A program made the position numbers and the translations under genes. Below the pieces are notes generated by a model. The model was not told the DNA's origin. It did no database searches and was given only the letters and a program-made list of their open reading frames with translations. Below, one piece after another: positions 39,768 through 54,218 of a stretch of 64,000 bases of DNA (positions are counted from its first letter, which is position 1; each line of letters begins with the position of its first letter). This DNA comes from Octopus vulgaris (taxonomy: Eukaryota). The stretch spans positions 62,434,001-62,498,000 of the forward strand of contig OX597820.1 of the NCBI GenBank assembly GCA_951406725.2, read 5' to 3'.

Positions 39768-39806
<39 letters not shown>

Positions 39807-40510
39807 CCATCATCATCATAATGAAGATTCCTAAATTGATGCAGTCACTCCAAACGCTTTCATAGGCAGCCGTCACCGTTGGTCTCTGTTCTCTGTCATG
39901 CGTTGCAAGATCGTTGCGTTGTGGTTTCGTCCAGTTCTTAATGTAGTCAAACAAACATTATCTAAGTGAACCTGTCTTTCGCCCTCCCATAACGGCGCCC
40001 TGAAGAATGGTTTGGGGCAGGGTGTTGTGACGGGATACATGACCAGAGGTGGTTCCTTTCTGCCAGCGTATTTATTGACTTGCTGTCTGACAAAGCCGTT
40101 CCTTTTGCGTTCTGTGTACGGGGGTGTGTAATAGCCTTCTGATGCACTTGTGATGCAGTTGTGTGCATCATGTTCTTCGCTTCATGTAAGGCTAAGTGTC
40201 CCGCTCTCACATCCATACTGAAGGATCGAAGTCACGATGGTCTTGTTGAAAATCTAATGGAATTGCTTTTCCATATGTTGTTCAGCTTCGTCATTGCAGG
40301 AAATGATAAACTGGAACTTGTTATCTCCTTTTGAGATCTACCGTCATTAGTCCAAGTCTCTCCCCGTTTAGCATGATGCTGGCTACTGTGTTTTGGTTGT
40401 TACTATTAAACAGGATCTTGCTCTTTTCTGGGCGCATATCCATCCTGTATGCTCCCGATACTCTTTCCAGGCATGCGATGAGCTCCTGCAATTCTGCTTC
40501 ACTGTAAATG
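39768..40510 (-). mobile_element. Decayed RTE-clade LINE 3' fragment with (ATG)n tail
   Basis: ELQELIACLERVSGAY, MDMRPEKSKILFNS, AMTKLNNIWKSNSI, GRRYGRAK..FDYIKNWT. Ends in (CAT)n on the + strand. Confidence 0.7.
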
Positions 40511-42380
40511 GTTTTAAATTAAGCGACAGTAAACAGCTGTATTTGAAAGCATATGTTATAACAATCCTATATGTCATGGAACCTTAGCAAAAGATGTAGA
40601 AAGTTGAAAATATAAAGACGTCCGCTTCTAACCTCACTGAAGAAATGGTATGTTATATATGATATACCTTACTGAAGCATGCTGGGATAAAGCGAAGGAA
40701 CTAGATAGCTTATTTTCTCAAGACCGAGGCAGCCGACACACTTGTAGATAATTCTGGTCGTAAATGACAAGCGTGCCATGCTTAAATAAAAGATTTCAAG
40801 ATAACTGGAACAGACTTTATTAACCTGACCGAATATGTAATATCTCCACACCACCCCAAGCCCTCTTTCAACTTTTTACATTGCACTTTTCTCAGTTAGA
40901 TATTCCTAATGATATAAAGAAGCATTAGCCAGGAAACAAATACTGTCACACACTACATACAAGACAACTAAAAGCGTAACATACAACAATCTAAATTCTG
41001 AAGTCATGATTGTTGCAATTCTGGATTTGCAAATGTCTTCATTGTTTTTGCAGGAAAACTCTCCTATTGCAATTATCAACTTCATCAGTAAAGAAAACTG
41101 AACTGCTATTAAATGCCACTAATAAGGCTCTCTGGTAGTTGCTTTTAAATCATTATCTTTTAAAACTAACCCGGAAACTTTGATGAAGATTTCAATTTTC
41201 CTGGAATTTCAAACGGAGATATCATGCAAGGATCACCTCCTGCTAAAATACCGATTTATTCACAAAGTGACCAAGGCATGCGAACTTTAATTGCCATTTA
41301 ATGACAATCAGTTTCATTATCAAACTGTGACCACATTATAACTAAGGAATACGCATCCGAGATCTTTAAGATACTTTTCGCGCTCGTGAAACTTCTGAGT
41401 GGAATTGTTAATTCATATAAGTATGTATGTATGTGTGTATGTATGTATATAAGTATTTATGCATGTATCTATGTATGTATGAAAATATATGTACGTATGT
41501 ATGTACGTACGTACGTATGCATGTATGTTTGCACGTATGTAATTACGAACATATATAGGAAGAGAGAGTGGGAAATATAATGAGTCAAGGGACTGACATG
41601 ATAGATTAATAGATACAGAGTTATGTATCTGTGCTTCGATGTTTGATAATTAAATGCGACCCAAGTTTAAAACTATTGGCGGGAATCCAAAAGCGTGATG
41701 ATTTAAGAAGCCCCTTGAGATATTTGTTCTGCATCAGGAAACATTCCATTGTTACAATCGCTATCTGAAATGCAGTAAACATTGAAAAACTATAACTGTC
41801 GTCGCTATTGTTCACAGAAAACTATGTGAAGTCGGTTGCTAAACAACAGCTAATTCATAAATAATTGTTAATTGGCGTAAATAATAATTAGGCGGTGCCA
41901 CCTATTTTATAAAATTATTTTATATATTATATTTGAATAAAAAACAAAACAAAAACAAACCGTTCAAGATTTGTTTTGTTGCCAAATTTACATCGATCAC
42001 TCTGGTATTGAACTATGTTAAAATGAAATAAAAAGAAATGATAATAATCGATAATTTAGTCGATCGAACTAAGCAGTCACTAATTGAGTCGGAGAATATG
42101 TACTGGTGAAGAAATAAATATTCTTAGTACGCCAAGACCAAGAAACATACATAAATCTGACACGAAATAATTTTTGTCATTCTGGACGATGTCGTGTCTT
42201 AATTTTTGTACTTGTCTTTGCTAGTTATATTGAAGGTAGCGCTTTGGCAGAATCGTTAGCACCTCTTTACGTTCTGCGTTCAGATGCCACTGTAACAGAC
42301 TTTGACTTTCATCCTTTCAGGAATGGGCATTGGGGTCAAGGAAATCGCGAATAGGTATGGTGCCTCTATCAGAAAGAAAA

Positions 42381-42783
42381 GGCGTAGGAGTGGCTGGGTG
42401 GTAAGTAGCTTGTTTACCAGCCACATGGTTCCGGGTTCATTCCCAGTGTCTTCTTCTATAGCCTCGGGCCGACTAAAGACTTGTGAATGTATTTGGCAAG
42501 ACGGAAACTGAAAGAAGCCCGTCGTGTATGTATATATATATATATATATGTATATGTGTGTGTATATGTTTGTGTGTTTGTGTTTGTTGCCCCACAACAT
42601 CGCTTGACAACCGATGCTGGTGTGTTTACGCCCCCGTAAATTAGCTGTTCGGCAAAAAGAGACCGATAGAATAAGTACTAGGCTTACAAAGAATAAGTCC
42701 TGGCGTCGAATTGCTCGATCGACTAAAGGCGGTGCTCCAGCATGGCCACAGTCAAATGACTGAAACAAATAAAAGAGTAAAAG
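42381..42783 (+). mobile_element. Abundant tRNA-derived SINE (same family as 36945-37296)
   Basis: Colinear head, internal (TA)(TG) tract, tail aaaagagtaaaag. Partial or decayed copies at ~32849-32970, 44120-44275, 45045-45272, 48608-49120(-) and 57470-57875(-). Confidence 0.85.
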
Positions 42784-43606
42784 GGAATGTAGTTGCTGTT
42801 GCTGCTATTGTGTTAGTCATTATTGTAGTCGTTGATTAAGGCGGCAAGCTGGCAGAATCGTTAGCATGCCGTATAAAATGCTTAGCTGAATTACTTTTGG
42901 TTTTATGCTCTGAGTTCAAATGCCGCTAAAGTCAGGCTTGAAAAAATATACATCGAGAGAGATGCAATCGGCTACCACCTCCGCAAATATTTCAGGCCTT
43001 CCATTAAAAGTATAAATCTTGGTTGTTGATGAACAAAATGTCAGTGTTTTCATTGTGACGATAATGATCGCTACGTCAATAGTTTAGCGATTTTGTCTTT
43101 TTACTTCCGTCGTTGCCGTGTTCGTCGTCAACCAATCAATAGTGAGCGAGTATATGGTCAAAGAGACTTCGGATTTGACGGACATGACTTGTTTTCTTTT
43201 CCATATTCAGACGTGTATCCAGAATTACGCATATATTATTATATATTACTTTGCAAGTAACTGAAACGGGATATGAAGGAATTTTGGCAGTTTTATCTTG
43301 GAGACCAAGTGATAATTTCGAGTTTCCACTGTTGGTTTGTGTTCAGGCATGGTGACACACAGCTTGAAAACGTATAAAACATCGAATCCTTCATTCAAGT
43401 AATGCTTTAACCAAATAAACCATTACGATTCACTATCATCATCATCATCATCCTCATCATTATCATCATCAATCAACATCGTCGTATTCTTTGTCGTCGT
43501 CGTCACCATCGTCATCATTACCAATGAACGTCGTTGTCCTCATTATCAATCATCATCGTCGTCGTCGTCGTCATCATCATCATCATCATTATCAACGTCG
43601 CCATCG

Positions 43607-43638
<32 letters not shown>

Positions 43639-44329
43639 TCTCGACGTCCTCATCCCCATCACATCCTTCATCAACATTAGCACCACGATCATGATCACTA
43701 GTCCCACCATCACCACCACCGCCGCCAGCACCATCTTCGCCATCACCAGCTCCGCCATCACCAGCTTCGCCATCACCAGCTTCACAAGCACCCCCATCAC
43801 CAGAACCACCAGCACCACCAACAGCGCCTTCTTGATAAAAGACCTTGACTTTAACCACCATCGAAAATCCTTAATCTGAGTAACAGTGAAATGAATCCGA
43901 TTAAGCCGACATTTTTCTTATAACGAAATTAATGATAAAATGCCTTGCACCAAACGCAACTTTGGTTTTCATCCTTTGAGGGACGATAAATGAAATAATT
44001 GTTAGGACTTCCTATAAACTGCAGTACAGTATTAGTTCTTGCTTTTTGCGTTCCGAGTTGAAATCACGAGAAGATAGAATGTGGGTTCGTCAGTCTGGCT
44101 TTTAAGGAATAGTGATAAAAGGCAGAGCTGTGTAGTAAGAAGCTTGCTCCCAGCAACATGATTCCGGTTCAGTCATACTGCGTGGTACCTTAGGATAGTG
44201 TCCTGAATTACAGCCTTGGACTTACTAAATAGCCTTGTGAGAATTTGGTAGACGAAATATAAAAGAAGCCTATCTTATATATATATATATATATGAAGAA
44301 CAATCTTACTTAGAAATGGATGCGTGCGT

Positions 44330-44900
44330 TCCGTCATACAATAAATTAATAAATAAAATAAAACATATGCATATATACATACATATACGTACGTACCTAC
44401 CTCTACATGTATATATACATGCATATATGGGTAGAGGACACCAAAAAAACGTCGAACACAAAACATAAAACCAAGGAACTAGACATTTTTCTTAAACAAC
44501 GAAAAAATAGAGTACAGGACAAATAACACAAGGAAAATTCCCCTTCTTCAGTCGCCATGGTTTCATCTACACTGCGTTCCGAAGGTGAAAGTGATACGCA
44601 TCTTCGATTGAAACTTTCCTTCCCGCGAAAAGCAAATTAAATAAAATTTGAGATCTTTTTGCGGAGGGGTAAAAATGATAATAAAAACAGGACAGTAACG
44701 ACAGTATAAAATATAAACAGTAAAAGACAGGACAAGGAGAATAACAGTAACACAGACAAGAAGGGCTGTTAAGCCGAACGAGATAAAGTATTACGAACGC
44801 TATTTTTGAGAACGGCGAAGGAGCCACAGAAAATGCCGTCTACACTTGAAGGAAGCCAGGTCAGATCAGATCAGAAAGACAGTAGCAGAGCTCCCGTCGC
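44330..44900 (-). mobile_element. Decayed Penelope-like 3' terminal fragment (related copy at ~26950-27200, +)
   Basis: Shared ttcg(a/g)aacg..g.gtagatga...ctga(t/a)gaaggggaat.ttc and acccatatatgcatgtatatatacat. An upstream remnant resembles a PLE C-terminal LNSP motif. Confidence 0.45.
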
Positions 44901-44985
44901 GGGTCAAAGACGGGAGGGAGGAGGAGGGGCAAGAGAAAGGGAGAGAAAAAGGGAATGGTTGTAGAGAAAACCAGAAAGAATGAAG

Positions 44986-45034
<49 letters not shown>

Positions 45035-45538
45035 TATATATATCTGTGTGCGTGTCGTATCAGTGTTTGTCACTGCCCCACCGTTTGACAACTGTCGTTG
45101 GTGTGTTTACGTTTCCGTAACTTATCGGTTCGGCAATAGAGCTCGATAGAATAAGTACCAGGCTTGGAAAAATAAAAGAAGAAAGTACTGGTGTCGATTC
45201 ATTCGAATAAAACATCGTAAAGGCGGTGCTCCAGTATGGCCGCAGTCTAATCGCGAGAACAAATAAAAGAAAAAGGAACAGGTTGAGCATGCTATCGACG
45301 TATTTGGTCACAGTAATCAAGAGGTCAAACCACGCGGGGCACTATGAAGCGTGTTGGTAACAACAATGATCTTTGGCTCGTTGTTACTTTTGCGGCACAA
45401 TTTTGATAGGATGTGAGCGCTGAGTTCATTCAGTATAACATGTGGACGGCTAGGATCTCAGTGAACAAAAAAATCGTTATGGCCCAGAAAATAAACAGAA
45501 ACCATTCTAGAATTGTTCGTTGCAGTGTAGGAACAATA

Positions 45539-45710
45539 GGCGTAGGAGTGGCTGTGTGGTAAGTAATTTGCTTATGAACCACATGGTTCCGAATTCAGTC
45601 TCACTGCGTGGCTCCTTGGGTAAGTGTCTTTTCCTATAGCCTCGGGCGAACCAAAGCCTTGTGAGTGGATTTAGTAGACGGAAACTGAAAGAAGCCCATC
45701 GTATATATAA

Positions 45711-45748
<38 letters not shown>

Positions 45749-45937
45749 CTGTGTGTGTCTGTGTATGTTTGTGTGCCTGTGTTTTCCCCCAACATCGCTT
45801 GACAACCGATACTGGTGTGTTTACATCCCCGTACACTTAGCGGTTCGGCAAAAGAGACCGATAGAATAAGTACTAGGCTTACAAAGAATAAGTCCTGGGG
45901 TCGATTTGCTCGATTAAAAGGCGGTGCTCCAGCATGG
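45539..45937 (+). mobile_element. Abundant tRNA-derived SINE (same family as 42381-42783)
   Basis: Near full-length colinear copy, 3'-truncated after gcggtgctccagcatgg. Confidence 0.85.
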
Positions 45938-46061
45938 GCTTTTAATCGAGCAGCCCATCTTTTATACTAAGAGAAAACCATGTACATATCACTTCCAGTC
46001 AATTTAGATAAGAAGCCATGACATCCACTGTCTGGTACTGCATCAGGGCATTCATTATTAC

Positions 46062-46112
<51 letters not shown>

Positions 46113-46399
46113 CATTATTTTCATTGAATAGAATATGTTCGAAGGGAAAGCGGAGCCCCTCCATATTCACCCGATTTTAATACTAATCTTGTCCACAATA
46201 TACCCTCTCACATAATGCTATTTCAGATCCATTAGCTTGAAAACAAACACTGACGCTTGAGGTTTACCTGTGGTTAAATAACACCAACAACAGCATATAT
46301 AAACGATAATAGTCGATAATTGTTTCGATCCTCGGTCGTAACATTTTCACATAGGTCAGTCTAAAATTTACTTAATCACTTAATGAGTTAATTGTCTTT

Positions 46400-46720
46400 A
46401 GCAGTGAATTAAATTAGTCGATAGTCAGAGAGAAGCAAATAAACTATCAATGAATGCTAACAAATCTAAACTAATGATATTCCACTCACAAAAGAAGCCA
46501 GCTCATGAAGAAAAAAAAAGAAAGCTATCTCTGTCAGCTTAAACAACAGACTTTTCAATGAAATGTGTGAACTATCTTGGATTATACATTCATGATTGTT
46601 TATTATAGAAACGTCGCATTAATCATAAAAGCATGAAATTAAGCAGGACTAATCGAATTCTGTCTAAACTACGTTGTAATGTGCCTGAAACTGCTTGCAT
46701 ATCTGCCGACTGTATCTTTC
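46400..46720 (+). mobile_element. Decayed L2/Crack-like LINE RT fragment
   Basis: ANKLSMNANKSKLMIFH, CVNYLGLYIHD, KLSRTNRILSKLRCNVP. Confidence 0.65.
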
Positions 46721-48953
46721 ATTAAATTTAATTTATGGTCCTTAACATCTAAAGCAAACTTTAAATCTGTCATGCCATTGCTAAAAATAAAAAAACTCGA
46801 AACGAAGAAACAAAGAACTGGAGGGCTATAAATTTCTTCAGTATAATAATATTCATACTATTGAGTCATTCTTGAATGATAAATAGCTAAAATTTGATAA
46901 TATTATCGATTTAAGTAAAACTGTTAACATGTAATATATTTTTTTTAATATTGTGTTAACAAACAGAAACATATTTTTACTTTCTATTTTAGCAATTTCT
47001 TACGAATGTCGAAGAAAGAATAAGAAAGAACCGAATGAAAATGCCTGGTGTAATTTAGTTAGGTTCCTTTATGGACTTGTACGTTTCTTTACGTTCTAAG
47101 TTCGAGTCATATCATAGTCAAATTCATATCTAGTTCTTGTAGCGAGTGATACGATTTTGTCTCAATCAAGTGTAGGAGGGGAGTTAATTGACTGTGTATT
47201 CCAACAGAATATAAGGTTCCATGCATTTAAGAATCCTTTACTGTTATCTTTCAGAATTTTCAGTAAATACATACATACATAAATACATAAAAACATAAAT
47301 AAATAGATACATATACACATACATATACGAGGTTGTGTACACAGTTACTACTGAGAATTATATAAAATAATTGATAAAGATATCACAAACGATGGGTCCC
47401 ATTTCTTTTAATTTTATAGCATTTCAAAAATACGAGTATTTATGGAAATGCTATATTCTACTTAATTTTCGCACAGAAACTAAACAACAATCTTTCACCC
47501 TTATTTTACTATTAAGAGTGCTAAAAACAAAACAACTTAGTCTCAGCTGAATGTCTCAGCAATCGAGTGAAATCGTTTACATTACATTACATATAATTAT
47601 TACTTTGAGACAAGAATGGTGTGATTCCGTCCAGGATATATATTCAACATTTTGAAGAGAACTAAACTGTTATGCATTCAGTCTGGAATTCTCTTCTACT
47701 TACTGTTGCAACAACTTATGTCTCTTCTTAGTAATAACTGATGACATCATTACTGATTTCTAACATAGGCACGAGTCGTCAAATTTGAAAAGGGGTATGG
47801 TCAATTTTATCGATCCCCATCTGAAATTGACTGATTCATCTAAGTGCCAACCGGAATGCTTTGCTGTGTTCGTTCCTTTGGTTTATTTTTCTGCTTTCGT
47901 TGGGGTCAGTACTGCCTTCCATGATTTAAAGGTCGAAAAAAAAATAGATGAAGTCGAAGGAATTTATTAGTGCGTCGGACAAAATTAATGGTATCTAATT
48001 TTTATTCTGTGTTCAGAGTTCAAATTGCAGTAAAGGGCTAATCTCCATGGCGAATTGATGAGTCGCTGGAACACCTATCCAACGAACAACAACTCATCGT
48101 GGACAGAGAGGTCTAGAACCAGCTTAGAGAAATCAGTAAAGACATGCTGAGACTTCATCCAGTAGTGAATTATTAATGTCTGAACGGAAGTGAAACTTAA
48201 TTGTTACATTAATTTTATCTACCCCAGAAGATTCTAGCCATTCCAGCCCATTTTGTAGCATATGCAAATTACATTTTTTATAGCAAAATTGTAGCATTTG
48301 GCACAGAATGATGAACAGTACATTCGATTTTTTGGGAATTTGAACTCGGAATGAAGACAGTGAACGTGTTGTTATGAAAGAATTTGATCTCCAAAAAACA
48401 CAAGTCTAAAATATTTGTATTGACAATGGCACATCGTAATTTTTTTATATTTTATTTCTGTTGTATTGTTTATTTCTCTGTAGTGCGATCGATACCTATT
48501 GATGCGACCGAGTTGTTTCTTCCGATCAACTAGTCACTCCACCAAAGATTGAAGTGGAGGTCTATCACTATTAACTGAATCTGATAATCTCGGTATCTTG
48601 TATCTTACACTTGTTTCAGATGTTACATTGCAGCCATACTGGAGCATCGACTTGAAGGGTATTAGTCGGACAAATCGACCTCAGTACTTATTTTTAAGCC
48701 TGGTACATATTTTTGTTGCCGAACCATTAAGTTACGGGGACATAAACAAACAAACACCAGGTGTGAAGTGGTGATGTTGGTGGTGGACAACACAGGCACA
48801 TACGTGCGCGTGCACACACACATGCATACACAATGATATATGTATACACATACATGCAGGCACACTCATATATGTATATACACACACAGGCACTCTCTCA
48901 CTTTCTCTCTCACACATACTCTCATGTACACACACGGGCACACGCATACATAC

Positions 48954-49005
<52 letters not shown>

Positions 49006-49689
49006 GCATATATAGAAGGCTTCTTTTAGTTTCCATTCACACGTCTTTGGTCAGCGTAAAGTGCCGCACAATGGGACTGAATCTGACCTTATGTTTGAAA
49101 AACATGATTCTTACCACACAAACATTGGAATTTGATCAGTGAAAGAACTGGAACAAATACCGCCAATCATTCCGTCTGTTGCTGTAATTGTCCTGCTACC
49201 ACGCCGTTCATACTACTACATTATCAAATACAAAAGAATTAAAATTACTGACGACTTGGGGATGATTTGAACTCAGAACGCAAGAAACCAAAATAAAAGA
49301 TTTCATTTAAGGCTCCTGCCAAATTACCCTTATTGAAGATTTTATCATTGTTCGATTTTAGATCGAGATCAGCCCGGAACATAAGTTCAAAGACTATTAA
49401 GGCTATGGCCAATCCATCTCTTTTTTTTTCTTTTTCAGACATAAAACGTCTAGGACAACAATGTTTAGTGGGCTCTCCCACTTTTAGCATTGTAGAGTGT
49501 GACTTAAGATACGCTTAGCTGTTATTTCTAGCCAAGCAGACCGAATTCTATACATCATTGATTTATTGATTCATCGATAAGACTGAACAACTGATTGTCT
49601 GATTTGTTAATGTCCTCCAGAAAGACATTGTCTGTGACAGAAGCAAAAGTCTCGTTTATATTCACAAATGATCGCCATCATTATCAACG

Positions 49690-49742
49690 TGTTAATAATA
49701 ATGATAATGATGATGATAATAATAATGATGATGATAATGATG

Positions 49743-49793
<51 letters not shown>

Positions 49794-49838
49794 GCAATAA
49801 TAACAATAATAATGACGATGAGGATGATGATGATGATG

Positions 49839-49885
<47 letters not shown>

Positions 49886-49927
49886 TCTCACCATCGTCAT
49901 CATCATCATCATCATCATCCTCATCAC

Positions 49928-49978
<51 letters not shown>

Positions 49979-50860
49979 CGCCGCCGCCACCACACCGTCA
50001 CCGTCGTCGTCGTCGTCGCCGCCACCACCATCATCATCATCATCATCATTATCACAAGTAGTAGTAGTAGTAATAGTAGTAGTAGTAGCAGCAGTAGCAG
50101 TTTTTGTTTTGGTATTCGTAAAAATGCCGCGTGTGTATATGCGCATATGTATATGTGTTTGTTTAGCGTGTCTTTCATTATAGTTATGTGCATGTGTATG
50201 TAAACCGTGAGTTCATGTGTATGAGTATGTGTACACGTATGTCTCTGCGCGCGCGTGTGTATATATGTGTGTGCGTGCGTGCGTGTGTATTTGTGAGTGC
50301 GTATAAAACTTTGCCAATAACCTCCAGACAAAAGTAGTGTTATAGCGGTAGACAGACATCGTTGATGTAGTTTTCTGGTTTGTGGAGGTGGTGGTGAAGG
50401 TGATGGCATTAACACTAACAGAAGAAAACAAAGAAGTGGTGGTGGTGGCAGTAGTAGTAGGAAGAGGAGGAGGAGCACAGCAGCAGCAGCAGCCGAGACA
50501 CCACCACCACCACCACCACCACCAGGAACAAGAACAGCAGCAGAAGGAGAAGCAGAAGAAGAAGAAAAAAGAAGAAAAAGAAGAGGCAGAAAAAGAAGAT
50601 GACGACGACGATGGTAATGATGAAAAAGTCGAAGATGTGGTGGTGATAGAGATGGTTGAGATGTTGGTGTCTGTAGTAGTTATAGGAGCAGTAGTAGTAG
50701 CAGTAGGAAGAGGAGGAGGTGGAGGGGAGGCCGAATATTATCGTTACCATCATCATCATCACCAGCATCAGCGGCAGTAGTAACAACAACAGTGGTAGAA
50801 AAAGTAGAAAAAGACGGATGAGGATGAGGGTGAGAAGGATGAGGATGAGGACGATGGCCG
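49690..50860. repeat. Compound trinucleotide microsatellites (AAT, GAT, CAT, AGT, GAA, GGT)
   Basis: Directly visible. Similar tracts at 37990-38125 and 43430-43825. Confidence 0.9.
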
Positions 50861-51852
50861 AATTATAAATTCCAGTCGGGCCCGAGTAGGGACTTACACT
50901 AATGTACTAAATACTATAAAATATATGTATGAGAATGAAATTGTGATAATCTTTTGTGAAACTCCATCAAATATGTCATGTTCGTTGCCTCTTTGGAAAA
51001 GCCACTACATTACGTGGCCCCTTACAAACATCTTGTTATCGAAATACATCAAATTCTGAGCTTCACTTTGAAACTTGGTGTATACGGAATTTGTTCCTCA
51101 CCTGTATATATTTGTTCCACGCGCACACACTGAAAACTGTACCTTAATATGAACTAATTGTTGTTTTGAAATATCTCGAAGCATATTTATCGGGTTGAAA
51201 ATCCATTTCCGAAAGAAAAAGACGAAGACCGTTCGTGAGACAGGAACCTATATCTCCTCTAGAGATGAAGACAGTCTTGTACATTTTCTATCCAAAAGTG
51301 TTTTTCACACCGTGTTATTTACGCGTATAGCTTTATGCGTGTGCTTCGAGATATTCCAAAGGAGAATTGGTTCCTTGGTTCCTGTTCTCTCGAAAGTTTA
51401 TAAAATCCTTATGGTGTCCTTTAATATATCAAATTCATTTACCACCGAGGTCTCATTGCTTTTGATGCTTTCGGGGTCGATAAAATAAGTACTAGATGAA
51501 TACTGCGGTCGATGTAATCGACATAGCCCCTCACCCGAGTTGCTGGCCTTGTGGTAAAATTTCAGACCAATATATTGCATCGATTTCAAAGGCAAATAAA
51601 TCTTTATGTCAATAAAGAAAGCACCACATGTTAAGGCAAATCCTTGTGGTTATTAAATTAAAACGTCTACTTCACTAACCCGTGTTTTCGAGTTCGATAC
51701 TAGTAGCTATAATCTATTGCAAGTATCCTCTCCTGCAGTCTGCTGCTTGACCAATAACCTGTAAGCGAAATTTCGTCGACAGCGTCCCTTCATATATGTA
51801 TACATAAATACATACACACATACATACATACATACGTACATACATACATAAA

Positions 51853-51885
<33 letters not shown>

Positions 51886-51950
51886 ACATAAAAACATATA
51901 TATATTAATATATATGTATATATATATATACTAATATATATATATGTATG

Positions 51951-52013
<63 letters not shown>

Positions 52014-52065
52014 TTAATCAAATATATATATATATGCACATATATATATATACATGTATACATAT

Positions 52066-52307
52066 ATAATATAAAATCCGTTCTGTCCGTCTGTATGTGT
52101 GTCTTCTAGGATCTCGGACATCCTCCATTCGTATGCGCTCAAAGTTGATATGTAGATAACAACGGTATTCTTTTGCTGGTGTTTCAAATTTAGGTTAAAT
52201 CAGTGTTTTTGAAAGGGGAGGCCTATGGGACGGTCGGACAAGACAAAATTTGGTTTGAATGTTTGACAACTCAGCACCGTCCATTGGACGGGTGGCGTTT
52301 TGCTCGT
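52066..52307 (+). mobile_element. Non-autonomous Helitron/Helentron-like element (internally deleted copy)
   Basis: Homologous to 59306-59688. 5' ataaaa..tctgtccgtctg; 3' hairpin ccgtcca-t-tggacgg followed by gctcgt (CTAGT-like end). Confidence 0.55.
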
Positions 52308-52326
52308 ATATACATATATATATATA

Positions 52327-53603
52327 TTAGGTTGTGAAGAAAGCTCTTGCAGAATTTTTAATTTGGGTTTTAAATTATGTATTTTCAGACTAATTCTCAT
52401 TAAATTACTTTGACTTTATATATCATTTTAAGGCCCCTTTTTCGGTCTATATAATCGTGTTACTCTTTTTCTTTTTGAATAATTAAGCCATTTCATCCGG
52501 AACGTTGAATGCAACATGCATAAAAATCAAATTCGCACGATTATCTTATCCCAGTTCAAGCTAGGCCGAAAAGCTGCTAAAACAGCTGGCGATATGAACG
52601 ATGCGTTTGGCCCAGGAACCACTAATCGACGTACTGCCCAATGGTGGTTCAGGAAATTCCGTAGTGGTGACGAGAGTCTGGAAGATAATAAGCTTAGTGG
52701 TCGACCATCGGATGTTGATAACGATCAACTCAGAACCTTAGTGGAACCCAATCCACACACAACTGTTCGGGAGCTTGCATCTGAATTAGACGTAACGTAA
52801 ACGACTATTTCCAACCACTTGAAAGAGATTGGAAAAACAAAAATACTTGATACATGGGTGCTGCACGAATTGAACGACAAAAAAAAATAATAATAAAAAA
52901 TAAAAAACAACAAAAAAACGCCGTTCTTTTACACAAGAACGATCCGTTTCTCGACCGGATTGTGACTTGCAATGAATAGTGGATTCTTCATGACAACCGG
53001 CAACGCTCATCTTAGTGGTTGGACGCCGACGAAGCTCCACAGCACTTCCCGAAGCCAAAGTTGCACGAAAAGAAGGTCATGGTGACTGTTTGGTGGTCTG
53101 CAGACGGTCTCAGCCATCGCAGCTTTTTGGATCCAGGTGAAACGATTACGGCGGAGAAGTACTGTCAGCAAATAGATGAAACGCACAAGAAACTCCGACA
53201 ACAACAGCTAGCATTGGTCAACAATTCTTCTCCACGACAACGCTCGGCCTCACGTCACATATCTGATCCTGCAGAAGTTGAAGGAATTGGGCTACGAATC
53301 TCTGCCTGATCCAGCATATTAACCAGACCTCTCACTTACTGACTAGCACTTTTTCAAGCATCTCGACAAATTGCTGCGTGAGAAATGCTTCAAAAACCAA
53401 GACGATGCCAAACACGCCTTCAATGACTTCATCGCTACCAGAACGAAAGATTTTTATGATACTGTCATAAATAAACTTGTCTCGCGTTGGCAAAAGTGTG
53501 TTGATTCTGATGGCGTTTATTTCGATTAATAATGTTTTGTTTGAGCCGAGATACGTGCATCTGAATTTAAAGGTTAAAAACCACCAGATCTTTGTTGACA
53601 ACC

Positions 53604-53606
<3 letters not shown>
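52327..53606 (+). mobile_element. Full-length decayed mariner, cecropia (Hsmar1-like) subfamily
   Basis: TIRs ttaggttgtgaagaaag / ctttgttgacaaccata in (TA)n. QIRTIILSQFKLGRKAA..NDAFGPGT..RTAQWWFRKFRSGDESLED..SGRPSDVDNDQLR, KVMVTVWWS, LLHDNARPH, PDLSLTD*HFFKHLD. Confidence 0.92.
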
Positions 53607-53647
<41 letters not shown>

Positions 53648-54171
53648 ATGTATGTATTTATGTATGTAAGTTTCATATGTATGTGCGTGTGTGTGTGTGT
53701 GCGTATCAAAAGTTAGGCAGAGAAGGGAAAAATAGACGAAAACTAGGCGAAAACATAACGGACAGAAAAGTGACAAAAACACGATACAAGAAAGGAGCAT
53801 TCGCAGCTGACCTTCTCAGCAGTTGGTATACGAGACGTCATAGGGGCTTCACATTATTCCAGTCAAAGCCACTGTTACATAACGGGATTGTCAGAGTATA
53901 AGTGCTACGGGGAAAATACTAACGAATAGGACAAGACAAAATAACGTTATACACAAGAGAAAATGCCTTACGGCAGCTCAATGGACATTGACAATAGTTA
54001 TACGTATAGAGTACTGAAATGATACTTTCCGGCTATGAAGACAGATATAGTGAAGTAGTGCAACTATATATATATATACATACATACTTACACAGACACA
54101 CACACACACACACACGCGCACGCACACTCACACACACATATGCATATATATATATATTATATATATTGCGG

Positions 54172-54218
<47 letters not shown>

